A stretch of 64,000 bases of DNA from Myxococcota bacterium (GTDB lineage: Bacteria; Myxococcota; Myxococcia; Myxococcales; Myxococcaceae), in contig JBMORD010000219.1 of the NCBI GenBank assembly GCA_049322495.1, positions 1-64,000 of the forward strand, read 5' to 3'. Below, one piece after another: positions 9,227 to 18,320 of the stretch (within the stretch, counting starts at the first letter, position 1; each line of letters opens with the position of its first letter). The notes beneath the pieces are model-generated. The model worked only from the letters and a program-made list of their open reading frames with translations, searched no databases and was not told where the DNA came from. The position numbers and the translations under genes are program-made.

Positions 9227-10475
9227 TGCGGCGCTCGGTCTCGGGCAGCGGCGGGAGCAGCCTGCGCGCGCTCGACATCTCGCCCTTGAGCGTGGCCAGC
9301 ACCGCGAGCAGGAGCTCGTCCATCGAGCCGGGCGTGCGGCCGGCGAGCGGCGCCTCCATGAAGGCGAGCATCGCGGCGAGGGTGAGCTCCTTGAGGTAGG
9401 CGAAGGTGAAGGCGTGCGTGCCTTCCACCAGCGCCTCGAGCGCGCCGTCGCTCGCGCGGAGCTCCGGCGCGAGCCCGTGACGCCAGCGCGCGAGGTAGCG
9501 GCGGCGCTCCTCGGGCGCGGGGAGGCCGAAGTGGAACTTGCGGTCGAAGCGGCTCGGCCGGTCGAGCAGGCTGCGGTCGAGCTTCTCGGGGTGGTTGGTC
9601 GTCGCCACCACCAGCAGGCCGTCGTTCTCGGCGAAGCCGTCGAGCTCGTTGAGCAGCACGCTGCGGTTGCCGTCGTCGATGAGGCAGTCGAGGTCTTCGA
9701 GCACCACCACGCACGGCGCCGCGCGGCGCGCGCGGGCGAACACCGCGGCGATGCCCTGCTCGGCCTCGTGCCTGCCCTGGAAGGACTTCACGTAGAGGCA
9801 GGGCCAGCCCGACTCGCGCACGATGGCGCGCAGGGTGTGCGTCTTGCCGTTGCCCGGCGGCCCGAGCAGCAGCAGCCCGCGCTTCCACGGCACGCGGTAG
9901 CGCGCGTAGGTGTCCTTCGCGTGCACGAAGCGCCGCACGTCGTCGCGCACGCCGTCGAGGAGCGCGGGCGGGAGGATGAGGTCGTCGAAGCTCGTCTGCT
10001 GGATGGTCGCGTGGAGCGGCTCGCTCCGGCGGAAGTGGCTGTTCTCGTAGACCAGCACCTCGCCGCGCACCGTGGAGCACCACCGGCACACCGCGAGCAG
10101 GAAGCGCTCGGCGGCCGCGAAGTCGTCGGCGACGATGAACTGCGCGTCGTCGGTGCAGTTGTCCTCGCGCAGCGTGAGGTGCACCACCTCGAAGCGCGCG
10201 CCCTCCCAGGTCACCGAGTCCCACCGGTGCACCAGCGAGGTGGTGACGCCCGTACCGGCGTCGTCGGGCCAGAACTGCTGCAGCCCGCCGAGGTCGCGCC
10301 GCGGCTCGGCCGTCGCCTGGCGCTCGTGGAGGAAGCGCACCAGGTCGAAGAGCTCGCTGGTGGTGTGCAGCACCGCGCGCCCGGGGTGCATCGCCTCGAG
10401 GCGCCGCTGGCACTCGAAGAGGACCGCCTGCGGCGACAGGCGCAACAGCTCATCGAAGAAGGGAGTGGAACTCAC
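9210..10475 (-). CDS. AAA-family ATPase with a unique N-terminal domain
   Basis: Walker A is 'LLLGPPGNGKTHTLRAI', Walker B is 'CVVVLEDLDCL', and the sensor/arginine-finger region is 'LVVATTNHPEKLDRSLLDRPSRFD'. Confidence 0.8.
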   Translation of the reverse strand: MSSTPFFDELLRLSPQAVLFECQRRLEAMHPGRAVLHTTSELFDLVRFLHERQATAEPRRDLGGLQQFWPDDAGTGVTTSLVHRWDSVTWEGARFEVVHLTLREDNCTDDAQFIVADDFAAAERFLLAVCRWCSTVRGEVLVYENSHFRRSEPLHATIQQTSFDDLILPPALLDGVRDDVRRFVHAKDTYARYRVPWKRGLLLLGPPGNGKTHTLRAIVRESGWPCLYVKSFQGRHEAEQGIAAVFARARRAAPCVVVLEDLDCLIDDGNRSVLLNELDGFAENDGLLVVATTNHPEKLDRSLLDRPSRFDRKFHFGLPAPEERRRYLARWRHGLAPELRASDGALEALVEGTHAFTFAYLKELTLAAMLAFMEAPLAGRTPGSMDELLLAVLATLKGEMSSARRLLPPLPETERRISLSA

Positions 10476-10539
10476 GGAGCGCCGTCGACGCCGCGGTCGC
10501 GCGCCGCCTGACGAGCGGCGCGTGCGCTATGCCTGCGGC

Positions 10540-11442
10540 ATGGACGTCGGCGGAGAAGAGAAGACGCTGAGGCTGTCGGTCATCCTCTACGCGGTGGTGA
10601 TGGTGCTCAAGCTCGGGGCCTGGTGGTGGACCGGGGTGATGGCGCTGCTCGCCGAGGGGCTCCACACGCTCTCGGACGTCTTCGTGTCGGCGTTCCTGCT
10701 CATCGCGCTGCGCTGGTCGCGCCGTCGCCCCGACGAGACGCACCCCTTCGGCTACGGACGCTCGCAGTACGTCGGCGCGCTCGTGGCGGCGGTGCTCTTC
10801 GTGTCGTTCACCGCCTTCGAGCTCTACCGCGAGGGCATCACGCGGCTCGTCGGTCACGAGGGCCCGCATGAGTCGAAGGACGTCCCGGTCGCGCTGGCGG
10901 TGCTCGGCGTGTCGATGCTCATCGGGCTGTGGCCGCTGGTGAGCCTGCTGCGGCAGAAGACGCGCGGAGCGGCCGCGCGCGCGCAGCTCCTCGAGCTGGT
11001 GAACGATCAGCTCGGCCTCGTCGCGGCGCTCGTCGGCACGCTGCTGGTGCAGGCGGGCACGGCCATCGCCGACCCCCTCGCGTCGCTGGTGGTGGCGACC
11101 ATCATCCTCGTCAACGGCATCTCGCTGTTCCGCGAGAACCTCTCGTACCTCCTCGGGCGCTCGCTGCCCGCCGACGAGCTGCAGCAGCTCGACGCGAAGA
11201 TCCGCGCGGTGAGCGGTGTGCGCGGGCTCCACCGGCTGCGCGCCGAGCTGCTGGCGCCCGGCAGCTTCCGCGCCGAGATGCACGTCGAGGTGGAGCGCGG
11301 CCTGCCCATCGAGCGCGCGAACGAGATCGCCGAGGCAGTCACCACCGTCGTTGCGGCCTTCACCGCCGGCCCCAACTTCGTCTCGGTGCACCTCGACCCG
11401 GAGCGCCCCGCGGAAATCCACCCCACGACCGCGAGCGCGTGA
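10540..11442 (+). CDS. Cation diffusion facilitator family transporter
   Basis: 'LRLSVILYAVVMVLKLGAWWWTGVMALLAEGLHTLSDV...HPFGYGRSQYVGAL' carries the CDF signature. The protein has 6 TM helices and a C-terminal cytoplasmic domain. The start was trimmed to the Met at 10540. Confidence 0.85.
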   Translation: MDVGGEEKTLRLSVILYAVVMVLKLGAWWWTGVMALLAEGLHTLSDVFVSAFLLIALRWSRRRPDETHPFGYGRSQYVGALVAAVLFVSFTAFELYREGITRLVGHEGPHESKDVPVALAVLGVSMLIGLWPLVSLLRQKTRGAAARAQLLELVNDQLGLVAALVGTLLVQAGTAIADPLASLVVATIILVNGISLFRENLSYLLGRSLPADELQQLDAKIRAVSGVRGLHRLRAELLAPGSFRAEMHVEVERGLPIERANEIAEAVTTVVAAFTAGPNFVSVHLDPERPAEIHPTTASA

Positions 11443-11485
11443 CGCAGCGCCTACCCGGGATTGAGCCCTTCGACGACGAACCCCC

Positions 11486-11722
11486 GTGCGAAGAATGCTC
11501 CCGACCATCGTGGCCGAACTGTTTGCTCTTCTCTGGCCGCTGCTTGCCGGCGGGGCGGGCCTCACGCTGCTGGCGCTGCTCACCTTCGCGGTGATGGGAG
11601 GTCACTACGGCCAGCTCGTGCTGCTGTTCGCCGGCCCCGTGGCGTTGGGGGTGCTCCTGCTGGCGGTCGCGTTGCGAGCGTTGTCGCTGAAGCTCCGCCG
11701 TTCGTGGGCGGAATCCCCATGA
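11486..11722 (+). CDS. Small two-TM membrane protein
   Basis: The 78-aa product is very hydrophobic. Its stop overlaps the ATG of the next gene (ATGA). Confidence 0.3.
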   Translation: MRRMLPTIVAELFALLWPLLAGGAGLTLLALLTFAVMGGHYGQLVLLFAGPVALGVLLLAVALRALSLKLRRSWAESP

Positions 11723-12624
11723 ACGGGCGGCACGCCCTCCTCGTGCTCTCGGTCGCCCTCACCGCTGCGGCGGAGCCCGTCGACGAGGTCCAGAGCACCC
11801 TTGCCTCCATCGACGCGCTGCTGGGCGCTGCAAAGGCGCAGCGTGTGGAGCCCAAGAAGTCCGAGCAGGGCGGCATGGGGCGCCACCTGTGTGAGGCGGG
11901 AAGAGAGCCCGGAGCGGAGAAGCGGGACTTCCTGTGCAACAGCACCTCGCTCGTTGGCCACTGGACGCTGAAGGACCTGCGTGCCGATGGCGGCCAGCTC
12001 GTCAGCGTCGACCTCGAGGTCCGGAGGTTCCTGTCGCCCGAGCAGGCCCGGGCGGCGAAGCAGACCGCGCTCGAGCGGTACGGTGGGAAAGAGCCCGTCG
12101 GGCTCTCCGAGGGCGCCATCAGCTGGTGTTACCTGGACGTGTTCTGGACTGAAGACCTGGTGTTCTCGCTCTGGTACGGCTGCTGGATCAGCCTCGACCA
12201 TGTGAAGGCGCTCCAGGCCGTTCGTTCCGAGTTGCTGAGGGTCAGTGAGCCCTTCGACGACACCGGGGTGGTCGGAGTCGCAGGGAGTCACAGCGGCTGG
12301 GCTGCGCTCGTCGATGCCCGGGGGCAGGCGCTGACGGCCTTGCGTGACGAGGTGCGGTTCAGGCACTTCGTCAAGGTCGTGAAGGTGTCGCCGTCGGACG
12401 TGCTGTGGCTCCGAGAGAGGCCCTCAGACTTCGGGCACCCTGGAGCCAGAATCGACCAGTTGCCTCCGACTGCGTCGTGTGTGCCGCTCGTCTTCACTCC
12501 GCCGCGTCGCGCGGCCACGCAGGGGTGGGTGGTCGTCAAGTTCAACGGCAAGCAGGGCTGGGTCAATCGAGCGTTCGTCGCCGACCAGCCGGCGAGCGAG
12601 TGCCTGAGCAGCGCCGCGCCCTGA
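11719..12624 (+). CDS. Secreted hypothetical protein with a C-terminal SH3b-like segment
   Basis: A signal peptide 'MNGRHALLVLSVALTAAAEP' is present. The C-terminus 'GWVVVKFNGKQGWVNRAFV' is SH3b-like. Confidence 0.5.
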   Translation: MNGRHALLVLSVALTAAAEPVDEVQSTLASIDALLGAAKAQRVEPKKSEQGGMGRHLCEAGREPGAEKRDFLCNSTSLVGHWTLKDLRADGGQLVSVDLEVRRFLSPEQARAAKQTALERYGGKEPVGLSEGAISWCYLDVFWTEDLVFSLWYGCWISLDHVKALQAVRSELLRVSEPFDDTGVVGVAGSHSGWAALVDARGQALTALRDEVRFRHFVKVVKVSPSDVLWLRERPSDFGHPGARIDQLPPTASCVPLVFTPPRRAATQGWVVVKFNGKQGWVNRAFVADQPASECLSSAAP

Positions 12625-12636
12625 GGTCTTCTGCGC

Positions 12637-13116
12637 TCAGAACCGCCAGCCGGCCCACAGGCGCGGTCCGATGCCCAGGCCCGGTCCGCCGAGGAACATC
12701 ACGTCGACCGCGAGCATCGCGCCGAGGCTGAGCTGCTTCGTCACCGCGAAGCCGCAGCCCGCCTCGACGTAGAGGCCGAACTGCTGCACGAGCGGGAAGT
12801 CGAACACCGCGCGGTGCTGCACCTCGAGCCCGAGCCCGAGGGTCGGCTGAACGACGTGCTCCTGTCGGAACACCGCGCGGTAGCCGAGCGACACCGGCAC
12901 GAAGAGCTGGTCCGGTCCGCCGAGCACGCCGATCGCGAGGCGCAGGCGGCTCACGGTGCCGGGCTCGCCGGGGCGGAACAGCACCTCCGGCCGAACGCCC
13001 GCGGTGAGCCCGATGAGCGTCACCTCGACGGGCAGCGCGACTTCGAAGCGGCTCTCCTGCGCCTGCGCGCGCGAGGCCGTCAGCACCAGCGCGAGGACGA
13101 GGGCTTCAGTACGCAT
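12637..13116 (-). CDS. Small outer-membrane beta-barrel protein
   Basis: A signal peptide 'MRTEALVLALVLTASRAQAQ' is followed by alternating amphipathic beta-strands and a terminal 'GWRF' aromatic residue. Confidence 0.6.
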   Translation of the reverse strand: MRTEALVLALVLTASRAQAQESRFEVALPVEVTLIGLTAGVRPEVLFRPGEPGTVSRLRLAIGVLGGPDQLFVPVSLGYRAVFRQEHVVQPTLGLGLEVQHRAVFDFPLVQQFGLYVEAGCGFAVTKQLSLGAMLAVDVMFLGGPGLGIGPRLWAGWRF

Positions 13117-13660
13117 AGAAGCTCCAGTCCTCGAGGGCCTTCATGTAGCCGCCGTTCTCCTCGACGCCGTAGCCGATGCCGAACTTGCCGGTCGTCTTCT
13201 GCGGGCTCCACACCCACAGCTCGCTGTCGCCCTTCGGGAGCACCACGGCGAGCGCGCCGGTCGTCCAGAAGAAGCGCCGCATCACGCTCTCCCAGAGGAC
13301 GCGCCGCGGTTCCTCCTGGTTGAGCTCGACCACTGCGCCGAACCCGTCTGGCAGCGGGGCCGGCAGCGCGGCGCGCTCGGCGTCGGTCGGCGCCGGGAGC
13401 CCGGGGCCCACCAGCGCCCACGCCGGCCGATGTGCGCGCAGCCGTTCCTCGTGCGGCACCATGAGCTCGATGGGCGTCGCGAACCGGGTCGCATGCGTGA
13501 TGCGGATGACGAAGCGCTCCTCGCCCGTGACGAAGACGCCGAAGAGCGCGGCGCTCGCCTCCGGCGCCGGCAACACGAAGGCCTCGTCCGGCTGCAGGTG
13601 CCCCGGCACGTGCGCGAGGAGCAGCGCGGTGAGCAGCAGCGGCGCGCTCATGGCTGGCAC
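13106..13660 (-). CDS. Secreted hypothetical protein
   Basis: A signal peptide 'MSAPLLLTALLLAHVPG' is present. The protein has no recognisable domain. Confidence 0.5.
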   Translation of the reverse strand: MPAMSAPLLLTALLLAHVPGHLQPDEAFVLPAPEASAALFGVFVTGEERFVIRITHATRFATPIELMVPHEERLRAHRPAWALVGPGLPAPTDAERAALPAPLPDGFGAVVELNQEEPRRVLWESVMRRFFWTTGALAVVLPKGDSELWVWSPQKTTGKFGIGYGVEENGGYMKALEDWSFYAY

Positions 13661-13923
13661 TCCTGCGGCAGCGAGGAAGCACGCGCGCGGAGTCGCTCCA
13701 ACGCGCGCACACAGGCCGTGGTGCAGCCCTCGGCGAGCGTGCGGTTGTGCCAGCAGTAGCCACCCTCGTCGAAGCGGTCGAGGTTGGTCGTCTCACCGGC
13801 CGCCGTGTCGAGGGCGCGCTGGCAGCTCGCGAACGCCGCGCACTCCGACCCCTGCGACACCGCGCCGCCGAAGCACGACGAGAGGACCACGACGACGAGC
13901 AGCGGGAGCGCAGGACGCATGTT
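13648..13923 (-). CDS. Small secreted Cys-rich protein
   Basis: An internal start 'MRPALPLLVVVVLSSCFGGAVS' is followed by 6 Cys in ~70 aa. Confidence 0.4.
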   Translation of the reverse strand, partial: NMRPALPLLVVVVLSSCFGGAVSQGSECAAFASCQRALDTAAGETTNLDRFDEGGYCWHNRTLAEGCTTACVRALERLRARASSLPQECQP

Positions 13924-14355
13924 CGGCCTCGAGGTGGCCTGCAGCCGCCGTTCCGCGCGCGCAGGTGCTGGTTTCTCCTCGTCGCGGCCGAAGCTCACCC
14001 GCAAACGGTGCGTGTCCGGCGGAGTTCATCAGCGGGTCTCGGGTTACGCGTCGAGGTCGACACCGCGATGCACGTCTGACTCGCGCTGCAACGCGTCGGC
14101 GCTGCCGCAACTCTCCGTGCTCCGACCGGTCTGGCAGCCGTCGCAGTTCGCCGACGAACACCTGGTCACCGCGTGCTCGAGCAGACCTGGCCCGACGAGC
14201 ACGTGATGCACAGCGGCAGAGTGCCGCCGGGTTGGTCGCCGCACGGTCGTTCGTCGCCGACGCTCCATCGCTGAATCGGTCGCGCTGTCGACGAAGGCGA
14301 GCGGCCGCATGGTGCCGCTGTCGACGCGGCCCGACGTGCTCGCTGGCGCGTTCGG

Positions 14356-14919
14356 CTACTTCCGTGGGCGTGCGGGTGCGCTGGCCCAGTTCGCCGGCCA
14401 CGTGACGTAGAAGACCTTCACGCGCGACGGCGTGCCGAACACGATGCTGCTCCCTCGGGGGATGGACACGACGTCACCGGCCTTCGCGGTCAGCACGCGG
14501 CCGTCGACGGTGATGTGGAGCTCGCCCTCGAGCACGAGGTCGATCTCGTCGTAGTCGAGCTTCCACGGGAAGGAGTCGTCGCGTGCCCAGCTCATCACGC
14601 CGGCGGCGAGCTGGGCGCCGTCGCGCGCGGTGATGAAGTCCGCCAGCCGCACGTCGCGCCCGGCGCCAGCGGCAGGGAAGGGTGCGAGCTCGACCGAGTC
14701 GCCGCGCACCACCGTGATGCCTGAGGGGTCGCTCACGCGCGTGCCGTGCTGCGGACCGGTGGACTGGTCGATGGTGACCCCGAGCTCGTGCGCGGCGCTG
14801 AACGCGTCGGGCGTGACGATGACCTCGTCGCGCGGAGCTGACAGGTGGCGCGCCCCCGCCTGGTGGGCCTTCGTGACCAGCTCGCGGGTGAGCAGCCGCT
14901 TCATCGCGCCCGGAGGCAT
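14356..14919 (-). CDS. Cupin-domain protein, EutQ-like
   Basis: 'DEIDLVLEGELHITVDGRVLTAKAGDVVSIPRGSSIVF' is a cupin beta-barrel motif. Confidence 0.6.
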   Translation of the reverse strand: MPPGAMKRLLTRELVTKAHQAGARHLSAPRDEVIVTPDAFSAAHELGVTIDQSTGPQHGTRVSDPSGITVVRGDSVELAPFPAAGAGRDVRLADFITARDGAQLAAGVMSWARDDSFPWKLDYDEIDLVLEGELHITVDGRVLTAKAGDVVSIPRGSSIVFGTPSRVKVFYVTWPANWASAPARPRK

Positions 14920-14971
14920 AGCACCGGATGGGCCCGCACATCTGGAGACGCGCGCGAGCGCGTGACGCGGC

Positions 14972-15346
14972 TCAGGGCCAGCAGGTGGCGCCCGGCGCGC
15001 CCGCGAGCGGGCGGCGGGCGTTGACGACGCAGAAGCGCTGACCGGTCGGCGCCTCCATCACCACCCAGCGCGGGCCGCGGCCGACGACCTTCGCGCCGAG
15101 CTTCTCGAGGCGGGCGACCTCGGCCGGCTGATCATCGGTCTCGATGTCGAGGTGCACGCGGCTGTCGTGCTTCACGTTCTGCACCTCGATGTGCAGGTCG
15201 CGCGCGCCGGCCTCGAGCTCCGAGTAGCCGTGCCCGTCGTCGCCCACCGCGCGCATGCCGAGCGCGGGGCCCCAGAACGCCGCCGCGTCGTTGGGCGCGG
15301 TGTCGCGACAATCGATGATGAACCCTGCGAGCCGGCTGTGGTGCAT
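14972..15346 (-). CDS. VOC-family (glyoxalase/bleomycin-resistance fold) protein
   Basis: 'MHHSRLAGFIIDCRDTAPNDAAAFWGPALGM...VHLDIETDD' matches the family. The start was trimmed from the 341-aa track ORF. Confidence 0.7.
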   Translation of the reverse strand: MHHSRLAGFIIDCRDTAPNDAAAFWGPALGMRAVGDDGHGYSELEAGARDLHIEVQNVKHDSRVHLDIETDDQPAEVARLEKLGAKVVGRGPRWVVMEAPTGQRFCVVNARRPLAGAPGATCWP

Positions 15347-15351
15347 GGCAG

Positions 15352-16038
15352 TCAGTCGTGGCGGAAGAGCCAGGGGAAGGTGACGTTGACCGTCCCTCCG
15401 CCCGCGGGGCACGGGAAGCGCCACTGGAGAATGTGTGCGCGGACGCACTCGCCAACCTGCTTCTCCGGCTGCGTGTCCTTGACGGTCCTGGCCTCGAGCA
15501 CATTGCCCTCCGGACCGATGGTCCAGGCGGCCGTGACGTCGACGACGAACCCGGGCTCCGCGAGCATGCGCTGGTAGCACCACGTCGGCTCCTCGACGTG
15601 GAGCCCGATGACCTCGAGGATCGCGTCGCGCGCGAGGCCCTGTCCGGGCTTGTCGGGCACGCACCGCTCGGCGGCGGCACGCGCGTCGATGCGGCCCAGC
15701 TTCTCGCAAGCGGGCGCGAAGCCCGCCGCGCAGGCGTCGGTGAAGAGCGTGCGCGCGCGCGCCAGGTCCTCTTCGACGCCGAGCGCCCAGGCGAAGCGCG
15801 TGGCGAGCTCGGTGCAGATCGCCGCGGCCCGCGCCTGCCCGCATTCGGCGTCGAGCGCGTCGGTCGGCTCGAAGCGGAGCGCGCCCGCGAGCTCGCGACA
15901 GCGGTTCGCCTCTCCGGCCTGGCAGGCTGACACGAGCTGACTGCGCGTGAGCGCCACGCGCGCACCGGCGGCGGGCGCCGGCGCCTGGTGCGCACATCCC
16001 GCCGTGAAGATTCCCAGCGCCACCAGCAGCTCACGCAT
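15352..16038 (-). CDS. Lipoprotein with an AgmX/PglI-like C-terminal domain
   Basis: The lipobox is 'LGIFTAGCAH'. The protein is Cys-rich and ends in 'GGTVNVTFPWLF'. Confidence 0.5.
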   Translation of the reverse strand: MRELLVALGIFTAGCAHQAPAPAAGARVALTRSQLVSACQAGEANRCRELAGALRFEPTDALDAECGQARAAAICTELATRFAWALGVEEDLARARTLFTDACAAGFAPACEKLGRIDARAAAERCVPDKPGQGLARDAILEVIGLHVEEPTWCYQRMLAEPGFVVDVTAAWTIGPEGNVLEARTVKDTQPEKQVGECVRAHILQWRFPCPAGGGTVNVTFPWLFRHD

Positions 16039-16060
16039 GGCGGTCCCCTACCACGACACG

Positions 16061-18313
16061 TCAGAGGCTGCCGAGCGCGCGCACCGCCTCGTCGGCACGG
16101 CGGAAGACCGGCAGCCCCGCAGCCTCGAGCGCCTGCACCAGCGGGTCGTACAGGCGCCCCGCGTCCACCACGACCACCAGCGGCTTCTTCGTCGCGCGGA
16201 ACACCTCGGGCAGCGTCTGCGCGAGGCTCGTCGCCTGGGTGATGAGCTCCGCCGGCTCGCCCGCGCCGAGCGTCGCCAGCGCGGGAGACATCGGCACCAG
16301 GCCCAGCACCAGCGCGTCGACGCCGTCGTCCTCGAGCACCGCGCGCGCCACCGCCTCGTAGCCCGCGTCGGGCGAGCTGGGCGTGAGGTCGAGCGGGTTC
16401 TTCACCTCCACCAGCTCGTCGAGCTTGAAGCGGGCGAGCGTCGCGCGCACCCGCGCCTTCGTTTCGTCCGAGAGCCGCGCCAGCTCGAGGCCCCATGTCT
16501 CGCCGCGGAGCTGATCCGCCATGCCCACCACCTCGAAGCCCGCGTTGCTCAGGAGCATCACCCGCCGCGGGCCGAGCTCCCGCCCCGCGAGCGCGCACGA
16601 GACGCGCACCAGGCCCTCGAACTCCGCGAACGTCTCGGCCACCAGCACGCCCGCCGCCCGCGAGAGGTGCCAGCACGCCCGGTAGTCGCCGGCGATGGCC
16701 GCGGTGTGGCCCGCCGCGGTGCCCTGGCCCTCGGGTGAGCGCCCGCCCTTGTAGAGGATGACGCGCTTGCCCTTCGCCCGCGCCGCCTCGGCCGCGTGGA
16801 GGAAGCGCTGCCCGTCGCCCGGCTTGAAGCCCTCGACGTACGCCGCGATGACCTGCACCTGCTCGTCCTCCGCGGCCCAGGCGACGAAGTCGGCGATGCC
16901 GAGGTCCATCTGGTTGCCGGCGCTCACCACGTACCGCGGCGCGAGCTGCTCGAGGTGGCTGCCTCGGGTGATGGTGAAGGCCCCGCTCTGCGAGAGGAAG
17001 GCGAGGTTCTTCAGCGCCCCGGTGCGCGGCGGCAGCCGGTGCGCGGGGATGAAGGTGGTGTCGTACGAGCCCGCGGCCGACACCACGCCCATCGAGTTCG
17101 GCCCGCACACCACCGGCCCGCCCCACGGCGTCGCGCGCGAGCGGCGGAGCAGCGCCTCGAGGCTCGCCTGCTTCTCCTTGCCGCCTGCGGTCTCGGCCAT
17201 GCCGCCGGGGATGACGATCAGCCCCTCGGCCTTCTCGCCTTCGACGAACTGGCCCATCAGCTCGGGCACCACGCTCGCCGAGACCGCGAGCACCGCGAGG
17301 TCGACGCGCGAGGGCAGCTCCGCGGGGCTCGCGACGCAGCGCACGCCGTCGATCTCCGAGTCGCCGGGCTTGATGACGGTGAGCTGCGCGGGCGCGAAGC
17401 CGTCGCGGAGCAGGTTGCGCAGGATGATGCGCCCCATGTTGACGCCCTTCGACGACACGCCCGCCACGCACACCGTCTTCGGCTCGAAGAAGGCCTTCAG
17501 CTTCTGCAGCGGAGGCCGCACCGGCTCGGGCGTCGCCCACGACACGCGCGCCAGCCCGTCCAGCGGGACGAAGTGGCCCTGCGCGTCCACCACGAAGGGG
17601 TTGAACTCCAGCTCCTCGAGCGCGGGCCGGCTCGTGTCACCCGTCGTCGGGAACGCGTGCGCCACCTCGCACAGGAAGCCGAGCAGCTTCTCCCACGCCT
17701 CGTGCGTCACCACCTGGCTGCTCCCGCGGAGCTGCCCCATGAGGTCGCGGTAGACGAGCGTCTCCTTGAGCTCGCGCATCGCCACGCCCACCCGCGCGCA
17801 CGAGAAGAGCGCCGTCGCCTCGCGGCGCGGCAGCCGCGAGCCGAAGAGCTCGGTCTTCACGCCGCCCAGGCCGACCATGCCCACCATGCCGAAGTCGGCG
17901 CTCGCGCGCAGGCCGACGATGAGCTCCGCGCCCGGCCGTGAGCGGTCGAAGCCCACCTTCTGCATCACCAGCGCGCCCTCGAGCGTGGGCTGACGGCCGT
18001 GCGCCTCGGCCCACCGGCGCGCGGTGTCGGCGAGGAACTCCTTCACGAGCGCGGGCGTGACCTCCGCCGCGTCGAGGAAGCGCACGCCGCCCACGTCGCT
18101 CTTGTGGAGGATGTCGCGCGAGACGACCTTGAGCACCACCGGCCCGCGGAGCGTCACCTCGCCCCGGCCCTCGCCGTCGAGCACCTCGTGCGGCGGTGGG
18201 GTGAGGCCCGCGGCGGCCAGCACCGCGTACAGCTCCGGCTCGGTGAGGACCGCCTGGCCCGCCTGCAGGGCGCGGCGGGCGAGCGACTCCAGCGTCTCGA
18301 TGGCCTTCGACAT
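16061..18313 (-). CDS. ADP-forming acetyl/acyl-CoA synthetase (fused CoA-binding + ATP-grasp subunits)
   Basis: The start was placed at 'MSKAIETLESLARRAL'. The ATP-grasp N-terminal domain has 'VVLKVVSRDILHKSDVGGV'. A CoA-binding domain follows ('VCVAGVSSKGVNMGRIILRNLLRDGF'), then the succinyl-CoA-synthetase-like domains. Confidence 0.85.
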   Translation of the reverse strand: MSKAIETLESLARRALQAGQAVLTEPELYAVLAAAGLTPPPHEVLDGEGRGEVTLRGPVVLKVVSRDILHKSDVGGVRFLDAAEVTPALVKEFLADTARRWAEAHGRQPTLEGALVMQKVGFDRSRPGAELIVGLRASADFGMVGMVGLGGVKTELFGSRLPRREATALFSCARVGVAMRELKETLVYRDLMGQLRGSSQVVTHEAWEKLLGFLCEVAHAFPTTGDTSRPALEELEFNPFVVDAQGHFVPLDGLARVSWATPEPVRPPLQKLKAFFEPKTVCVAGVSSKGVNMGRIILRNLLRDGFAPAQLTVIKPGDSEIDGVRCVASPAELPSRVDLAVLAVSASVVPELMGQFVEGEKAEGLIVIPGGMAETAGGKEKQASLEALLRRSRATPWGGPVVCGPNSMGVVSAAGSYDTTFIPAHRLPPRTGALKNLAFLSQSGAFTITRGSHLEQLAPRYVVSAGNQMDLGIADFVAWAAEDEQVQVIAAYVEGFKPGDGQRFLHAAEAARAKGKRVILYKGGRSPEGQGTAAGHTAAIAGDYRACWHLSRAAGVLVAETFAEFEGLVRVSCALAGRELGPRRVMLLSNAGFEVVGMADQLRGETWGLELARLSDETKARVRATLARFKLDELVEVKNPLDLTPSSPDAGYEAVARAVLEDDGVDALVLGLVPMSPALATLGAGEPAELITQATSLAQTLPEVFRATKKPLVVVVDAGRLYDPLVQALEAAGLPVFRRADEAVRALGSL

Positions 18314-18320
18314 GGCTCGC

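Noticed and set aside
10072-10540. The N-terminal 156 codons of the 456-aa ORF upstream of the CDF transporter
   Set aside because: It is Ser/Arg-rich with no natural composition and is antisense to the AAA ATPase gene. The transporter starts at the Met at 10540 ('MDVGGEEKTLRLSVILYAV').
13924-14355. A ~430-bp gap with short ORFs on both strands (13784-14206 plus, 14044-14310 minus)
   Set aside because: No frame has convincing composition, a signal peptide or motifs. The gap is probably intergenic and regulatory, but no specific promoter or terminator could be defined by eye.
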